Of a stretch of DNA of 32,000 bases, positions 30,291-32,000 are shown piece after piece (the stretch's first letter is position 1; each line of letters opens with the position of its first letter). Made by a program: the position numbers and the translations under genes. The notes beneath the pieces are model-generated. The model was not told the origin of the DNA and made no database searches. It saw only the letters and a program-made list of their open reading frames with translations. This DNA is from Wolbachia endosymbiont strain TRS of Brugia malayi (GTDB lineage: Bacteria > Pseudomonadota > Alphaproteobacteria > Rickettsiales > Anaplasmataceae): positions 480,001 to 512,000 of the forward strand of contig NC_006833.1 in assembly GCF_000008385.1 (NCBI RefSeq), read 5' to 3'.

Positions 30291-30980
30291 CAAAAAACTA
30301 CCTAACAAACCTCGCTAGCCCCCTTATCCCGATACTGGAGGTATTAAGTTACCTTCAATCTGTGCAGATTAAAATAATAAAGTGTTATATAGTTAGCATC
30401 TTATGTTTAATTTTTTGCACTATATGTACCTTATGTCTTCACAATATTTCTAATTTTTTACCTATATAAGTTGAAACTCGCTTATAAAGCGTTTAGGACA
30501 GTATAATATACTAATTTGCAGGATTAGAGAGTAAATACTATCACCATAATATATCTTTTGCCTTTTTTTTGCCTAGTAAATTTCTAAAACATTTATGACT
30601 AAAGGTTAGTTGCAATAAAAAACAACTAAGTCGCGATTACTAAGTATTTAAAACATAAAAAAACGCTAGTGTTTTTAAATAGATATTAACTAGGGCTTCT
30701 TTTGTCTTTTTCTTACTTGGTGGATTTCTTAAATATTTGTAGCTGAAGATTTACTGACAACAGCTGCTTGTTAGCGGAATCTAGAGATACCGCAAATGAA
30801 TCGCGGTATGACGTAGGGGTTACTGATATTCCAGAGCGTGATGCTGCCTTCTCATACTGGAAAACCATAGGATGATAAAAAATAGTAAATAAATTCACTA
30901 AATAACAGTGTCACATACTGGAGTGATATTATAGATGCGCTAGGATTAGGAGAAGGAGACACCGGAATGACACCCCCTGG
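30291..30980 (+). repeat. dispersed intergenic element, copy D (long form with nested module)
   Basis: Contains all shared blocks from aacctcgctagcccc through ggaatgacaccccc. The 3' part matches copy A, and about 130 extra nt interrupt it at about 30590-30717. Confidence 0.85.
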
Positions 30981-31093
30981 ATGGAAAGCTGAATGCTAAT
31001 ATCAACATTAAAACAATACCCTTTCCTAGTGAAAATCATTACCAAATTATAATGTTCGTACAGTTGTACTTTTTACCCTAGAAGCGCTAGGTA

Positions 31094-32000
31094 TTATTTC
31101 CATTTACATTCGTCTGCTATCATAACAGCCTCAAAAAGATGCTTTTCAAGCTCACTTAGAGGTAAATCACTTTGTGGGTAGTCTCCCCAAAATTTTAGTA
31201 TATTGGAAACCTCAACGCCTTCAATAATAGGATATTCTTGATTTTTCTTAGCATATAGTTCCTGGGCCTGCTTGCTTACTAAAAACTCCAATAAAGCTAT
31301 AGCATTTTCTCTATTTTTTGCATTTTTTGTTACTGCTGCACCACTAATGTTTACCATTACACCATTACTATCGTGATTAGGGAAGAAAACTCCTAGTTTG
31401 TTTGCAACATTCTTTTTATTCTCACGTTCTGATGAAAGGATTCTCGCAAAGTAATAGCTATTTACTATTGCAATATCTCCTTCACCAGCAGCTACAGCAT
31501 AAATTTGGTTAGTATCACCACCGCTTGGCTTTCTTGCCATATTGCTTACAATCCCACTGACCCATTCTTTCGTCTTTTCAAAACCATTATTTGCAATCAT
31601 AAAAGCAATCAGCGATCGATTATATGGACTTGTAGAAGAACGTACTAATATTTTTCCTTTCCATTTTTTATTTGCTAAATCCTCATAGGTACTTAAGTCT
31701 TTAGGATCTACTGATTCTTTATTGTAAACCAATATTCTCGTTCTTTTTGTGAGACCAAACCAGTAACCTTCACTATCCCTAAACTTTTCAGGTATAGCTC
31801 TTTTCAAAATCTCTGAGTTTACCTGAGACAAAAGCCCTCTTTTTTTTGCCAAAATTAGGTTCACTGCATCTGCAGTTAAAAATACATCAGTCCCACTGCC
31901 ATTTTCCATGCGTGAGAGCAGCTGGGAGTAATCGTCAATAATATAACGTACTTTAATACCTGTATTTCTTGTAAATTCATCAAATAGAGTACGTACCAAT
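31094..32000 (-). CDS. Fe3+ ABC transporter substrate-binding protein, partial (runs off the window end)
   Basis: VRTLFDEFTRNTGIKVRYIIDDYSQLLSRMENGSGTDVFLTADAVNLILAKKRGLL...WFGLTKRTRILVYNKESVDPKDLSTYEDLANKKWKGKILVRSSTSPYN. FbpA/AfuA type. Confidence 0.93.
   Translation of the reverse strand, partial: LVRTLFDEFTRNTGIKVRYIIDDYSQLLSRMENGSGTDVFLTADAVNLILAKKRGLLSQVNSEILKRAIPEKFRDSEGYWFGLTKRTRILVYNKESVDPKDLSTYEDLANKKWKGKILVRSSTSPYNRSLIAFMIANNGFEKTKEWVSGIVSNMARKPSGGDTNQIYAVAAGEGDIAIVNSYYFARILSSERENKKNVANKLGVFFPNHDSNGVMVNISGAAVTKNAKNRENAIALLEFLVSKQAQELYAKKNQEYPIIEGVEVSNILKFWGDYPQSDLPLSELEKHLFEAVMIADECKWK

Noticed and set aside
1-32000. CRISPR array or phage WO structural module
   Set aside because: No regularly spaced short direct repeats, and no contiguous head, tail or recombinase genes. 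The only phage-like signal is the DUF2460 remnant.

Overview
The window looks like a Wolbachia-type (Anaplasmataceae, Rickettsiales) chromosome segment. This is inferred from gene content, AT richness, ankyrin remnants and many degraded genes.

Intact or likely intact genes: nuoG (partial, window start), a small conserved protein, a PLD-family nuclease, a UbiD-family decarboxylase, a DsbA-like membrane-anchored thioredoxin-fold protein, a CDF cation transporter, tRNA-Val(GAC), an 817-aa HExxH (M9/collagenase-like) protein, pyrB, an XRE/HTH regulator, rpoZ, a partial Mrp/Mnh antiporter cluster (F, G, DUF4040-type, B, C), rpoD, sucA, mutL, purE, and an Fe3+ ABC substrate-binding protein (partial, window end).

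Degraded genes: an archaeal-type AAA ATPase, a DUF2460 phage/GTA-type gene, an Rpn/PD-(D/E)XK transposase-like nuclease, two ankyrin genes and a J-domain gene. There is also a 653-bp duplication of part of sucA that appears exact.

The most interesting non-coding signal is a dispersed composite intergenic element. I find six copies on both strands. At least two carry a TTGACA-N17-TATNAT promoter-like module at the same internal position. The most interesting protein is the 817-aa metallopeptidase-like ORF, a plausible host-interaction effector.

I see no CRISPR array and no clear new multi-gene defence system.
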